This document shows positions 16,776 through 26,830 of a stretch of 64,000 bases of DNA, piece after piece (the stretch's first letter is position 1; every line of letters begins with the position of its first letter). The position numbers were made by a program, and so were the translations under genes. This DNA is from Gammaproteobacteria bacterium (GTDB taxonomy: Bacteria > Pseudomonadota > Gammaproteobacteria > Thiohalospirales > Thiohalospiraceae): the NCBI GenBank assembly GCA_014762495.1, contig JABURT010000070.1, positions 82,638 through 146,637 on the forward strand. Reading direction: 5' to 3'. The notes beneath the pieces were generated by a model, which searched no databases, was not told where the DNA came from, and was given only the letters and a program-made list of their open reading frames with translations.

Positions 16776-19658
16776 ATGCATTTTAGTCGCATGCGGGACC
16801 GTCCCATACTGTTCCACAGTCTCACGCCGCTCCAGATCCTGCTGGGTAGCACCCTATTGGCCGCCAGCCTGGTCACGGCCGGGGTCTTGATACTCACAAA
16901 TCAGCCCTGGCTGGGTATGCAATTGCACAACAAGATGGGTGAACCGGGTCTGGTGGTGGCTGCTGTGCACCCCGACAGCCCCAGTCATGGGCGCCTCTAT
17001 CCGAGCTACGAGTTGAGCCATATCCGCGTCGGAGATGTCGCGGTTCCGCTTGATGAAGAGAGCCTGCACTCGGCGCCCCATTTTGTGAGTCCCGACTATA
17101 GCTCTTTGCAGCACTATTTTGAGCATCAACAATTGCTGGAAATGGCCTTTTCGGCTGAGCGTGTCGGGGTTCTGGATCAGGAGCAGCGACTGTATTGGAT
17201 GGCACCCATGGAGACGCGGCCGGCACAGAGCCTGCCCACCGCGTTCTGGCTCTATAACGCCTTTGGTGTCATCGCCTTTATGCTCGGTGTCGGGATCTGG
17301 AGTCACTCACGTGGTCGCCTGCCGGCGCGTTTGACCGCGGTGACCGGGCTGGTGTTTCTGATCTTCGCCACCAGCTCGGCGGTGCTGGAGGGCCGCGGCC
17401 TGTTGCTGCCGGTAGAAACCCTTAAAGACCTATTGTCGGTACAGCGTGGCAGCATGTACCTGTTCCTGAGCCTGTTGATGACCGCGATCCTGGTGACCCC
17501 TCGTGGACTGCATTACCGTGGACTGGCGGTCGCCGTGTTCGCCGGTATGGGCCTGTTGTGGGCCAATGAGCAGTGGCAATTGATCCAGTGGCCCTGGCAT
17601 ACACATCTCTTCCCCCTGATGCTGGTGGTGCCGATGACACTGTTTCTGGCGCGCCGACAATGGTGTTTCAGCCGCGATTGGCCGGAACAGCATGCCGCCT
17701 TTAAGTGGTTATTGCTGAGTCTCATGATTGCCGCCGGGCTTGGCATGGCGATACAGCTGTTGCCAACCATTTACTACCAAACGCCGGCCAATGGACTGGG
17801 TGTCTGGACCGGGATCTTCTTCTTTATCTATCTCGGCCTGCTCATGGGTCATTACGGCGAGCGCCGCTTCAATATCGAGCGCTGGTGGCTGGAGACCCTG
17901 GCCTGGTTCACGGGTGGGCTCTTCGTTATCGGCCTGGATGCGGCCCTGGTGTTCCTGATGCAGCTGAGCCCGGACAAGGCCCTGGGCGTGGCCGTGCTGG
18001 CCATTGGCTGGGCCTATCTACCGGCCCGTCACTGGTTCTGGAAACGCGTGGTGAGAGGTGAGAAACAGGAACTGGAGGAGTCACTGCCACTGGTGCTTGA
18101 AACCCTACTGGCCGAGGACAAACGCGCCGACCTTTCGGTCCAGTGGCGTGAACTATTGCAACGTTTATTCGAGCCCATGCAGCTGACCATCATCGAGAAA
18201 CCATTGCATCATGTGAGCCTGAAGCAGAGCGGACTGGCCATGCATGTGCCCTCGGTGCACGGTGATCGCACCCTGGAACTCTCCTGGCGTAAGCGTGGTG
18301 CGCGACTGTTTTCGCTGGCCGATGCCCGGCTCGCCGAATCCATCCTGCAACTGTTCCGCAATCGCGACGTGGTCACCGGCCTGCCCAATCGAAATGTATT
18401 GTTGGATCGTGTGCGACAGTACCAGGTCGATTCACGGATGCGCAGTTGGTCACTTATTTTCGTGCGCCTTAAACGTTTCAAGGCAATCATGAATCTGCTT
18501 GGGAGCGAGGCTGGAGAAGATGTTTTGCGTCAGGTGCCCAAGCGTTTGCGTCGCGCGGTGAAACGGACCAACGTTCACGTTGCCAATGCCATCGCCTATC
18601 TCGGCAACGGTGAATTCGTGGTGTTCCTGCCGGGCTATTCCAGTGACCAACTCTTACCCGTGATCCAGGCCCTATCCGACGAGCTGCGCACGCCCATGCA
18701 GACCGGGGAGCATAGTGTGGATCTCTCCACTCATATGGGGATTGCCAGTTATCCCGAACACGGGGGCGAGGCCGAAACCCTGCTCCAGAATGCCGAGACC
18801 GCCATGCATGTGGCCAAGGAAGGCAAGTCCGAGTATGCCATTTACAGCGCCGAGTTCGAGGAAAAGAGCATGCGCAAAATGGCACTGACCAATAGCCTGC
18901 GTCGCGCCATTGGTAAGGAACTCCTTTTGCATTATCAACCCAAGCTGGATCTACGCAGCAATACCATCGTCTCGGTCGAGGCACTCATGCGTTGGCGACA
19001 TACGCACTATGGCGTCGTCTCTCCAACAGAGTTCATTCCCCTTGCCGAGCAGAACAATCTGATTCGCCCCATCACCTACTGGGCACTCGACTACGCCCTG
19101 GAGCAGGTAGCTGACTGGCATTACCGAGGACAAAACCTGGGTATGGCGGTGAACATTTCGGTACAGTGTCTTCAGGACAGCAGTTTTGTCGATCGCGTGC
19201 TCTCTTCCATACATCAATATGGGGTCCGTCCTGGAGCCCTGACTCTGGAGATTACCGAAAGTGAGTTCATGACCGATACCAGCAATGCCATGGAAACCCT
19301 GACGCTATTGAGTGATGAAGGGGTCAGGCTCTCCATTGATGATTTTGGTACCGGTTATTCATCGCTGGCCTACCTCAAGAGTATGCCCGTGGATGAGCTC
19401 AAGATTGACCAATCCTTTATCAAAAATATGACTGAGGATGCGGATAACGCCTCCATCGTCAAAGCCATTATTGAGTTGGCCCATACCCTGGATCTATTAG
19501 TGGTATCCGAAGGTGTTGAGGACCAGCAGACCTTGCAAATGTTGACTTCGCTAGGCACCGATCAGGTGCAGGGTTTCTATGTGCACCGTCCTATTGCGGT
19601 CACGGAGCTCAATCGGTGGTTGAAGGAATGGGAGCAGCAGGCACGGCAGTTGATGTAA
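16776..19658 (+). CDS. Multi-pass membrane sensor with degenerate GGDEF and intact EAL domain (c-di-GMP phosphodiesterase)
   Basis: 960 aa. The N-terminal ~450 aa hold a periplasmic segment plus many TM helices. The GGDEF site is GNGEF (LGNGEFVVFL, 18603-18617). EAL motifs are intact (EALMRWRH, DDFGTGYSSL, ELKIDQSFI, SEGVED, QGFYV). Confidence 0.88.
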   Translation: MHFSRMRDRPILFHSLTPLQILLGSTLLAASLVTAGVLILTNQPWLGMQLHNKMGEPGLVVAAVHPDSPSHGRLYPSYELSHIRVGDVAVPLDEESLHSAPHFVSPDYSSLQHYFEHQQLLEMAFSAERVGVLDQEQRLYWMAPMETRPAQSLPTAFWLYNAFGVIAFMLGVGIWSHSRGRLPARLTAVTGLVFLIFATSSAVLEGRGLLLPVETLKDLLSVQRGSMYLFLSLLMTAILVTPRGLHYRGLAVAVFAGMGLLWANEQWQLIQWPWHTHLFPLMLVVPMTLFLARRQWCFSRDWPEQHAAFKWLLLSLMIAAGLGMAIQLLPTIYYQTPANGLGVWTGIFFFIYLGLLMGHYGERRFNIERWWLETLAWFTGGLFVIGLDAALVFLMQLSPDKALGVAVLAIGWAYLPARHWFWKRVVRGEKQELEESLPLVLETLLAEDKRADLSVQWRELLQRLFEPMQLTIIEKPLHHVSLKQSGLAMHVPSVHGDRTLELSWRKRGARLFSLADARLAESILQLFRNRDVVTGLPNRNVLLDRVRQYQVDSRMRSWSLIFVRLKRFKAIMNLLGSEAGEDVLRQVPKRLRRAVKRTNVHVANAIAYLGNGEFVVFLPGYSSDQLLPVIQALSDELRTPMQTGEHSVDLSTHMGIASYPEHGGEAETLLQNAETAMHVAKEGKSEYAIYSAEFEEKSMRKMALTNSLRRAIGKELLLHYQPKLDLRSNTIVSVEALMRWRHTHYGVVSPTEFIPLAEQNNLIRPITYWALDYALEQVADWHYRGQNLGMAVNISVQCLQDSSFVDRVLSSIHQYGVRPGALTLEITESEFMTDTSNAMETLTLLSDEGVRLSIDDFGTGYSSLAYLKSMPVDELKIDQSFIKNMTEDADNASIVKAIIELAHTLDLLVVSEGVEDQQTLQMLTSLGTDQVQGFYVHRPIAVTELNRWLKEWEQQARQLM

Positions 19659-19865
19659 TTTACATCCGTGACAAACAATTTCACCCATTTGGGTGATGTC
19701 GTGATATGGAGCTTTATCTACACTCAAAACTGGTTGCGCGCGCGGGACTCGATGCAATCTTGAGACGCGCCGTCCAGCGGACGGTACCCAAGGACTGGGA
19801 TCGACTCGTCATCGGCTTCGTGCAGGCACAACCTGTTAACTTTTGTTATCCCGCAAACCGTGCTT

Positions 19866-19891
19866 GCCCCGTTCTTGAACGGGGCTTTTTT
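19866..19891 (+). terminator. Intrinsic terminator inside the 333-nt intergenic region
   Basis: GCCCCGTT-cttg-AACGGGGC (8-bp perfect stem) followed by TTTTTT. There is no T-run on the opposite strand. It sits 208 nt after the stop at 19658 and 100 nt before the ATG at 19992. Confidence 0.75.
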
Positions 19892-19991
19892 ATCCAGATT
19901 CACTCCCTAGTCTGATTACGGTCAATCCTGCTATAGTAGCCAGGAGCTGTGTGACTTTTCGCATTTTCATACCCCTCATGGAAAATCCATT

Positions 19992-20741
19992 ATGAGCAGC
20001 AGACTGTATCTCAGCATATCAGCTTTATTGATGCTGCTAGTTGGATCCAGTCTTCCGCTACAGGCCGCGCGTCCAGCACTTACTCTCACCACGGCTGCGC
20101 TTCCTCCACTCGGCCCGAGTTCTACGAGAATGGGTTTTCTGCAACGTGTTCTTGAATCTGCCTTTGATAGTATCGGTTATGATGTCGAGATAATCGTGCT
20201 GCCAGGTGAACGCGCCCTCTTGAATGCCAATAGTGGACTCGATGACGGTGATGCCTTTCGAGCACCTGGTTTCGAGGATGCCTATCCCAACCTTATACGA
20301 GTACCGGAAAAAATCGGTGTCATGGAGTTTATGGCCTATTCCAGTCCTGGTGCCAAGATTGGTCGTGTGACCTGGAAAGGTCTTCGTGACTATACCGTGG
20401 CCTATGCAAATGGCTGGAAGATATACGAGCGCAACGTGCAAGCGGAAGAAGTGACGGTTGTTAGAAATATCAAATACCTGTTCCCTTTGCTCGAACAGGA
20501 GCGTGCCGATATCGTGTTGCTTGATCGTTGGCAAGGACTATACATGGCAAAGAAACAGGGTGTGAAGGTCAAGCTTTTAGAACCTCCACTTGCGAAAGTA
20601 GATATGTATATGTATCTACATAAAAAACACGATGCACTGGTATCCAAGGTTGTCACGGTGCTTAGGAAAATGAAACAAGATGGTACCTATGACGAAATCA
20701 TGAGTGCCGAGCTTGAACAACATAACTATATGTCGAATTAA
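19992..20741 (+). CDS. Periplasmic solute-binding protein (family 3-like), partner of the downstream kinase
   Basis: 249 aa with signal peptide MSSRLYLSISALLMLLVGSSLPLQA. The pattern TTAALPPLG...ERALLNANSGLDDGD...VAYANGWKIYE is typical of type 2 SBP-like proteins encoded next to sensor kinases. The gap to the kinase ATG is 1 nt. Confidence 0.65.
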   Translation: MSSRLYLSISALLMLLVGSSLPLQAARPALTLTTAALPPLGPSSTRMGFLQRVLESAFDSIGYDVEIIVLPGERALLNANSGLDDGDAFRAPGFEDAYPNLIRVPEKIGVMEFMAYSSPGAKIGRVTWKGLRDYTVAYANGWKIYERNVQAEEVTVVRNIKYLFPLLEQERADIVLLDRWQGLYMAKKQGVKVKLLEPPLAKVDMYMYLHKKHDALVSKVVTVLRKMKQDGTYDEIMSAELEQHNYMSN

Positions 20742-20742
20742 T

Positions 20743-22677
20743 ATGCGGGATTTGAAAGCGTTGGTTCAATCCGGGATGTTTCGAAATAATGGAATCGGAC
20801 GTCGTTTGATTGTCGCGCTGATACTGTTTAGCTCATTCATGACAGCCATAATAACAACGTTTGAGCTGTACCTGGACTACGATCAAGACATCAATGGCAT
20901 CGAGAAACGTATCGAGTTTATTGGTGACAGCTATCTACCAACACTGGCGGAAAGTGTTTGGGTGGCCGACAGCCAACAGATACAGACTCAATTGACAGGG
21001 CTTTCACGTCTTCAGGATATCGAGAGCCTTGTCATCAGTATCGATGGTTCAGATCGCTGGCAGGTGGGTGATGTCCACTCACAACGTACCATCGAAAGAA
21101 GTCTCCCAATATTTCGTAACTATCGTGGTGATGATATTAAAATCGGAACGCTCCACATTGTGGCAAGCGTTGATAACGTCCTCGACAGGTTGTGGGACAA
21201 GTTGATCACCATACTGATCAGTAATGGCATCAAGACCATGCTGGTTTCCCTGTTCATGCTTTTAATATTTCAGTTCATGATCGGTAGACATCTGGAGCAC
21301 ATTTCTCACTATCTTCGTAATCTTGGAAGGATGCCCTCTGCAAATGAAAAGCTGAAGCTGGTTCGTAAAGAGGATGGACTTTGGCGTCCCGATGCCCTGG
21401 ATTATGTGACACGGTCTATAAATAACATGCACAATGATATTGCTGTGTTTCAAAATGAGATACTGCAACTCAATGAAAGCCTTGAACAACGTGTCAAGGA
21501 GCGCACACAACAACTGGATGATGCCAATAGACGCCTGGCAGAGGCCTTGAAGGATATCGAAGAAGCGAGCCAGGCAAAAACCGTGTTCCTGTCACGCATG
21601 TCACATGAATTACGGACTCCGCTCAATGCAATCTGTGGTTTTTCAGAATTGCTCTTAAATGAAGACTTAAACGATGATCAGCGTGAATCTCTCGACTGGA
21701 TCGTCAAAGCAGGTCGACACCTGCTATATCTTATCAACGACTTGCTGGACCTTTCCCGTATCGAGGTCGGGAAGCTGAGTATTAACATGCAACCCTGTGA
21801 TTTTGACAAACTGGTTCGTGAAGCGCTGAAGATGCATCAATCCCAGATCGACTATCGTGAAATCACGGTGCAAAACCTTTGCACAAGCTCGGTAACTGTA
21901 AGGACGGATGCAACACGTATGACGCAGATAATTGTCAATCTGCTTTCCAATGCGATTAAATACAATCGTACCGGTGGAAATATCCAGTTGAATTGCGAAG
22001 AACTGGGGCAAGACAGGTTAAGGCTGAGTGTCACGGATACGGGCTATGGCATTCCCAAGGACAAGCAAGCGCTTGTGTTCGAGCCTTTCGAACGATTGGG
22101 GGCGGAGCAAAGCGGTGTTGAGGGTACGGGTACCGGTCTGGCTCTGTCGAAACACCTGGCTGAACTGATGTCATCAGCCATTGGATTTCACAGCGAGATA
22201 GGTAAAGGTTCAACCTTCTGGGTCGACATACCAATAGCAAAGCAATCGGTTCCGGACAGGTTGCCATCTCATACAGCCAGCGATACACATGTTGAAGTCA
22301 TCACTGTCCTTTATGTGGAAGATAATACCGCCAATCTCAAACTAGTCGAAAATATTCTCAAACATCAGACAGGCTTCCATATACTGACCGCCATAAATGG
22401 GATGGAAGGCCTGGACCTGGCTCGGCAGGAGAAACCGGATGTTATTCTGCTCGACATACACCTGCCAATGATGGATGGATACGAGGTCCTGGAGAAGTTG
22501 AAGTCTGATGCATCGACACGTGACATACCCGTAATTGCTCTAACAGCGGATGCAATGCCGGGGGACATTAGCAAGGGTATAGAGGCAGGCTTTTATCAGT
22601 ACCTGACCAAGCCCTTTGAACAGATAAAACTGGTCAATACGCTCAAGTCTGCAGTGGCGGATACGCCACGCGCTTGA
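20743..22677 (+). CDS. Hybrid sensor histidine kinase / response regulator
   Basis: Two TM helices with a periplasmic domain, then a HAMP-like linker. H-box MSHELRTPLNAICGF. N/G boxes LLSNAIKYN, DTGYGIP, GTGTGLAL. C-terminal receiver (VLYVEDNTANL...DVILLDIHLPMMDG...ALTADAM...KP). Confidence 0.9.
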   Translation: MRDLKALVQSGMFRNNGIGRRLIVALILFSSFMTAIITTFELYLDYDQDINGIEKRIEFIGDSYLPTLAESVWVADSQQIQTQLTGLSRLQDIESLVISIDGSDRWQVGDVHSQRTIERSLPIFRNYRGDDIKIGTLHIVASVDNVLDRLWDKLITILISNGIKTMLVSLFMLLIFQFMIGRHLEHISHYLRNLGRMPSANEKLKLVRKEDGLWRPDALDYVTRSINNMHNDIAVFQNEILQLNESLEQRVKERTQQLDDANRRLAEALKDIEEASQAKTVFLSRMSHELRTPLNAICGFSELLLNEDLNDDQRESLDWIVKAGRHLLYLINDLLDLSRIEVGKLSINMQPCDFDKLVREALKMHQSQIDYREITVQNLCTSSVTVRTDATRMTQIIVNLLSNAIKYNRTGGNIQLNCEELGQDRLRLSVTDTGYGIPKDKQALVFEPFERLGAEQSGVEGTGTGLALSKHLAELMSSAIGFHSEIGKGSTFWVDIPIAKQSVPDRLPSHTASDTHVEVITVLYVEDNTANLKLVENILKHQTGFHILTAINGMEGLDLARQEKPDVILLDIHLPMMDGYEVLEKLKSDASTRDIPVIALTADAMPGDISKGIEAGFYQYLTKPFEQIKLVNTLKSAVADTPRA

Positions 22678-22680
22678 CTA

Positions 22681-24006
22681 TCAATTGTGGGATAGTTGTG
22701 CCCACAGGTCATGTTCATCGGCGGCTAGCACCTCCACCTCGATAAAATCACCTTCACGGATGCTATCGTCGTCGGTGTGGACAAAAACGGTGCCGTCGAT
22801 TTCGGGGGCATCGGCCTTGCTGCGAGCAATCACTCCGTCCTCTGCGAGCTCGTCGACCAGTACGGTCAGGCGTTTCCCAATCTTGTCCTGTAACTTGTCT
22901 GCACTAATGGCCGCCTGCAGCTCCATGAAGCGTTCCAGGCGCTCTTCCTGTATGTCCAGGGCGACATGATTTGGAAGATTATTGGCGACGGCGCCCTCAA
23001 CCGGTGAGTAGACGAAGGCCCCGACGCGATCCAGTCTGGCGTCCTTGATGAAGTCCAGTAGCTCTTCAAACTGTGTCTCGGTTTCACCCGGGAAACCCAC
23101 AATGAAGGTCGAACGCAGTGTAATATCCGGACAGATCTCACGCCAGTTCTCGATGCGCCGCAACATGTTCTCGGCGTTGGCGGGACGTTTCATGGCCTTG
23201 AGAATGTCATGATTGGCATGCTGGAGTGGGATGTCTAGGTACGGCAGAACCTTGCCATCGGCCATCAATGGGATCACCTCGTCGACATGGGGATAGGGAT
23301 AGACATAATGAAGCCTGACCCAGGCATCCAGATCGCCCATGGCCTCAGCCAGTTCCTTGAAGCGTGTCTTTATCGGCTTTCCACCCCAGAAACCGGTACG
23401 GTAACGGGTGTCCACGCCATAGGCGCTGGTGTCCTGTGAAACGACGAGCAGCTCCCGGACACCGGCACTCACCAGGTTTTCCGCTTCCTGCATGACCTCA
23501 CCAATGGGTCTGCTGACGAGGTCTCCACGCATCGATGGAATAATGCAAAAGCTACAGCGGTGGTTACAACCCTCGGAGATCTTCATGTAGGCATAATGGC
23601 GCGGCGTGAGCTTGAGGCCACCGGGCGGGATCAGGCTTTCGTACGGATTGTGAGCGGGCGGCAGATGTGTGTGAATGTGCTCCAGTACTTCGGTGGTCGC
23701 GTGTGGCCCGGTGACAGCCAGTACCTGTGGATGAGCCGATTGAACCACATCGCCCTTGGCCCCCAGGCAGCCAGTGACGATTACCTTACCGTTCTCCTGT
23801 AGTGCCTCACCGATAGTGTCCAAGGACTCCTCGACCGCGTCGTCGATAAAGCCACAGGTATTGACCACGACCAGGTCCGCTGAGTCGTAATCGGGCACCA
23901 GTTCGTAACCCTCGGCACGTAACTGGGTCAGTATCTGTTCGGAGTCAACCGTTGCCTTGGGGCAGCCCAGGCTGATAAAACCAATCTTGTGGTTATTCTG
24001 AGACAT
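22681..24006 (-). CDS. rimO: Ribosomal protein S12 methylthiotransferase RimO
   Basis: [37 protein letters not shown]. Radical-SAM motif [12 protein letters not shown]-terminal TRAM domain. ATG at 24006 is preferred over the 12-codon 5' extension. Confidence 0.92.
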   Translation of the reverse strand: MSQNNHKIGFISLGCPKATVDSEQILTQLRAEGYELVPDYDSADLVVVNTCGFIDDAVEESLDTIGEALQENGKVIVTGCLGAKGDVVQSAHPQVLAVTGPHATTEVLEHIHTHLPPAHNPYESLIPPGGLKLTPRHYAYMKISEGCNHRCSFCIIPSMRGDLVSRPIGEVMQEAENLVSAGVRELLVVSQDTSAYGVDTRYRTGFWGGKPIKTRFKELAEAMGDLDAWVRLHYVYPYPHVDEVIPLMADGKVLPYLDIPLQHANHDILKAMKRPANAENMLRRIENWREICPDITLRSTFIVGFPGETETQFEELLDFIKDARLDRVGAFVYSPVEGAVANNLPNHVALDIQEERLERFMELQAAISADKLQDKIGKRLTVLVDELAEDGVIARSKADAPEIDGTVFVHTDDDSIREGDFIEVEVLAADEHDLWAQLSHN

Positions 24007-24100
24007 AGTGATCCATGCATGATGAAGAGACGTGCAAGACACGCTCGAGGGGCCATAACAGGGGGCGATTATAGCCTATCCGTAGCAAGGTCGCAGCCGC

Positions 24101-26704
24101 CTAGTTGCGCGCCACCAGTTCCTTGATGGTAGAGAGTAGGCGTTGACGGTCGAGAGGTTTACTGAGAAGGCGATCGATTTCAAACTCTTTTAGATTACCT
24201 TCGGTGATGAGATTGCTGTAACCGGTGGCAAGAATAATGGGTATGTCGCGGCGTATGGATTTCACACGTGCCGCCAGCTCGGTACCGGTCATCCCAGGCA
24301 TGGTTTGATCAGTCAAGATGAGTGAATAGGCATCGGGATCGCGACTGAATTGCTCCAGCGCAAGTATGGGGTCATTATATGTCTCGGTCTGCATCTGGTG
24401 GATTGAAAGGATTTCTGTCAACAGCTCGGTAATGGTGGGTTCGTCATCGACTACGAGGATGCGTCTGTTTGTTGTGGGCCTGTAATCCGTTTTCGGTTCT
24501 TCGACCTGAGAAGGAGGTTGTGAGGTGTATGGAAACAGCAATCGAAAACACGTTCCGTCCCGACTAGACTGATTGACCAGAATATGTCCGCCTATCCCGT
24601 GCATGATTCCATGTACGATGGGTAATCCCATGCCAGTTCCCTTGCCAAAATCCCGAGTCGTGAAAAATGGTTCGAATATACGTGGCAGTACGCTTGCTTC
24701 AATACCGGGACCATCGTCGCAAACCTCAATCACAGCATAGCGACCTTCAATAGGCACATGACAGGAAGCACACAAGGTGTTATCAGTTTCATACGCATAC
24801 AGCTTGATATCTATCTGACCTTTGTCATTGAGTGAGGCCCGAGCATTGAGAACCAGGTTGAGTATTAATTGGTGTAGTTGAGACTCTGTTGTACAAATAC
24901 TGATGTTTTCATTCGTTAGATCTGTGCTGAAATGAATTGTAGAGGGCAGGCTTGCCTGTATCAGTTTGCAAGCATCTTCGATGACGGGGCCAGGCTCGAG
25001 ATTATGTTCTGTTTCAGAACTGCCTCGACTGAAGGTGAGTAGCTGTTCAACGATATCTTTTGCACGGATTCCCGATTTAATAATCTCGTCAAGGTAAGTG
25101 CTCATTCTTTGTGGAAGTTGATCCGTATAGAGCTTGCGTGACAACTCGGCAAAACCCAGTATGGAAGTCAATATATTGTTGAAATCATGGGCGATACCGC
25201 CAGTTAGTTGGCCAATTGATTCCATTTTCTGTGTTTGTTGAAGTTGTGTCTGCAGCTTTCTAGTCTCTTTTTCCTTTGTAACCTGATCCGTAATATCCTC
25301 AATAATCAAAAATGCTGCCTGGTAATCGTGATATGTCAGAAGGTTTGCCGAAAGCTTTCCATGACGTTGTTTTCCATCTTTGGTTGTAAATGTAAGTCGT
25401 GTGCTGTATTGCCCACATCTTTCAAGTTCTACAAGGCCTTCGGCTTTGATGGTTTCGTTGGTGAGGTTTATATCCGGTGTTGTCTTGCCTATGAGTTCAT
25501 CTTTTGTATAGCCCAAAGTCGTGGACATAGAATCATTTGCCAGGACGATTTCGCAACTCGGTACGCGAGTGATGGCCAACATTAATGGGCTCTTGTTGAA
25601 TGCTGTTTCAAAGAGTCGACTGGCCTCACGGATTGTATTTTCAAGCTTGCGTTGACGAACTGACTGGCGGTAACGCGAAATCAGCAGCGCGCTGGTGATG
25701 AACAGTAATATAGCCGCGAACAGATAATATATGATTACTAACCAGGATGAATTTGAATCGAAGCTGTAATATGCCGCACTCGTATCCAGTGTGCGATCGA
25801 GCATGCCAGCTTCTGAATAGAAATTGGCAATGGCCTGAAGCCGTTCAGTTTCCACGGTGCCAACAGGAACAATATCGGGTGCCATAGCAAGGCGTATCAT
25901 TCTGGCCTGGTACTGTAGTAGCCCCTTATCGAGTTCGGGTCTATATTTCCTTATAATTAGGTCGATAATTTCATCGCTATTTTCCAGGGCGTATTTCCAT
26001 CCTTTGATACTGGCTCTAAGAAAGGCCTCGGCTCGTTCTGTATTCTGTTCCAGTTCGGCATGTGTACTTATTAACATGTCACCATAAGCATCAAAACCAT
26101 AACTGGCAGGATCAATGATGTAATAGGAAATGTCTTTCGACTCCATCATATAGGGCTGTGTTGTGATATAGGCGGCCATGGCATCAGTGTTACCTTCAAG
26201 AAGGTCGTCATAGTCATAGCTATGCGGCAAATGGGTATACATGTCCGCTTTGATGCCAGAATGTTCCAGCATGGCAGGAATGATGGAATTTTCCTCATGA
26301 GAGAACATTATGCGTTTTCCGGCAAGATTATGGATATTGCGTATGCCGGATGATTTCAAGGACATGAGAACCAGGGGGGAGTGCTGGAAAATGGCGGCAA
26401 TTATTTTGATGTCATCACCGATATGTTTACTCAGCAATACCGATGAATCCATAATGGCAAAATCAAAATCCCTTTCAAGTAGGGCGTCTTCATAGTTAAG
26501 GTCTGTCTGTTTCTCAACCAGTTCTAGCTCCAGCCCCTCATCTCGATAATACCCTTTTTCTATTGCTGCATAGTATCCGGCGAACTGGAATTGGTGTGAC
26601 CATTTGAGATAAAGGCGTAGATGTGTGGGAGCGATCTCCTCCGTAATGGCATGTTGAGTGGAGAAGATATATATAAAAACTATGAGCAGACTGCGTGCTA
26701 TCAA
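24101..26704 (-). CDS. Hybrid sensor histidine kinase with fused periplasmic NMT1/THI5-like solute-binding domain, PAS, and receiver
   Basis: 867 aa. The N-terminus LRLYLKWSHQFQFAGYYAAIEKGYYRDEGLELELVE is SBP-like. Then a TM helix and a PAS domain. H-box GGIAHDFNNILTSILGF. HATPase (DDGPGI, GTGMGLPIV). Receiver (ILVVDDEPTI...LILTDQTMPGMTG...ATGY...KP). Confidence 0.88.
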   Translation of the reverse strand: MIARSLLIVFIYIFSTQHAITEEIAPTHLRLYLKWSHQFQFAGYYAAIEKGYYRDEGLELELVEKQTDLNYEDALLERDFDFAIMDSSVLLSKHIGDDIKIIAAIFQHSPLVLMSLKSSGIRNIHNLAGKRIMFSHEENSIIPAMLEHSGIKADMYTHLPHSYDYDDLLEGNTDAMAAYITTQPYMMESKDISYYIIDPASYGFDAYGDMLISTHAELEQNTERAEAFLRASIKGWKYALENSDEIIDLIIRKYRPELDKGLLQYQARMIRLAMAPDIVPVGTVETERLQAIANFYSEAGMLDRTLDTSAAYYSFDSNSSWLVIIYYLFAAILLFITSALLISRYRQSVRQRKLENTIREASRLFETAFNKSPLMLAITRVPSCEIVLANDSMSTTLGYTKDELIGKTTPDINLTNETIKAEGLVELERCGQYSTRLTFTTKDGKQRHGKLSANLLTYHDYQAAFLIIEDITDQVTKEKETRKLQTQLQQTQKMESIGQLTGGIAHDFNNILTSILGFAELSRKLYTDQLPQRMSTYLDEIIKSGIRAKDIVEQLLTFSRGSSETEHNLEPGPVIEDACKLIQASLPSTIHFSTDLTNENISICTTESQLHQLILNLVLNARASLNDKGQIDIKLYAYETDNTLCASCHVPIEGRYAVIEVCDDGPGIEASVLPRIFEPFFTTRDFGKGTGMGLPIVHGIMHGIGGHILVNQSSRDGTCFRLLFPYTSQPPSQVEEPKTDYRPTTNRRILVVDDEPTITELLTEILSIHQMQTETYNDPILALEQFSRDPDAYSLILTDQTMPGMTGTELAARVKSIRRDIPIILATGYSNLITEGNLKEFEIDRLLSKPLDRQRLLSTIKELVARN

Positions 26705-26830
26705 CTTGCTAATGTATGAATTATTGTTGAGTAACAGCTTGCCCTCCTTGGACGTATATACGGCATTCGTCTACCATGATTCATGCGATAAGTATGGGCA
26801 AACACAGGAAATACGGCAACAGGAGTATCC

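Noticed and set aside
19654-19664. Palindrome TGTAATTTACA overlapping the stop codon, considered as a GacA box for an Rsm-type sRNA downstream
   Set aside because: The GacA upstream activating sequence is TGTAAG-N6-CTTACA. Here the half-sites are separated by only 1 nt. The downstream region has only four GGA motifs, not clearly in hairpin loops.
19706-19915. 69-aa + strand ORF in the long intergenic region
   Set aside because: It has no convincing RBS, reads through the terminator hairpin, and has no recognisable motif. The region is more likely non-coding. A small protein cannot be fully excluded.
26753-26762. Perfect 10-bp palindrome CGTATATACG in the divergent promoter region between the SBP-fused kinase and the aldo/keto reductase
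   Set aside because: It is too short to distinguish from chance or from a simple TATA-type -10 element. There is no second copy nearby.
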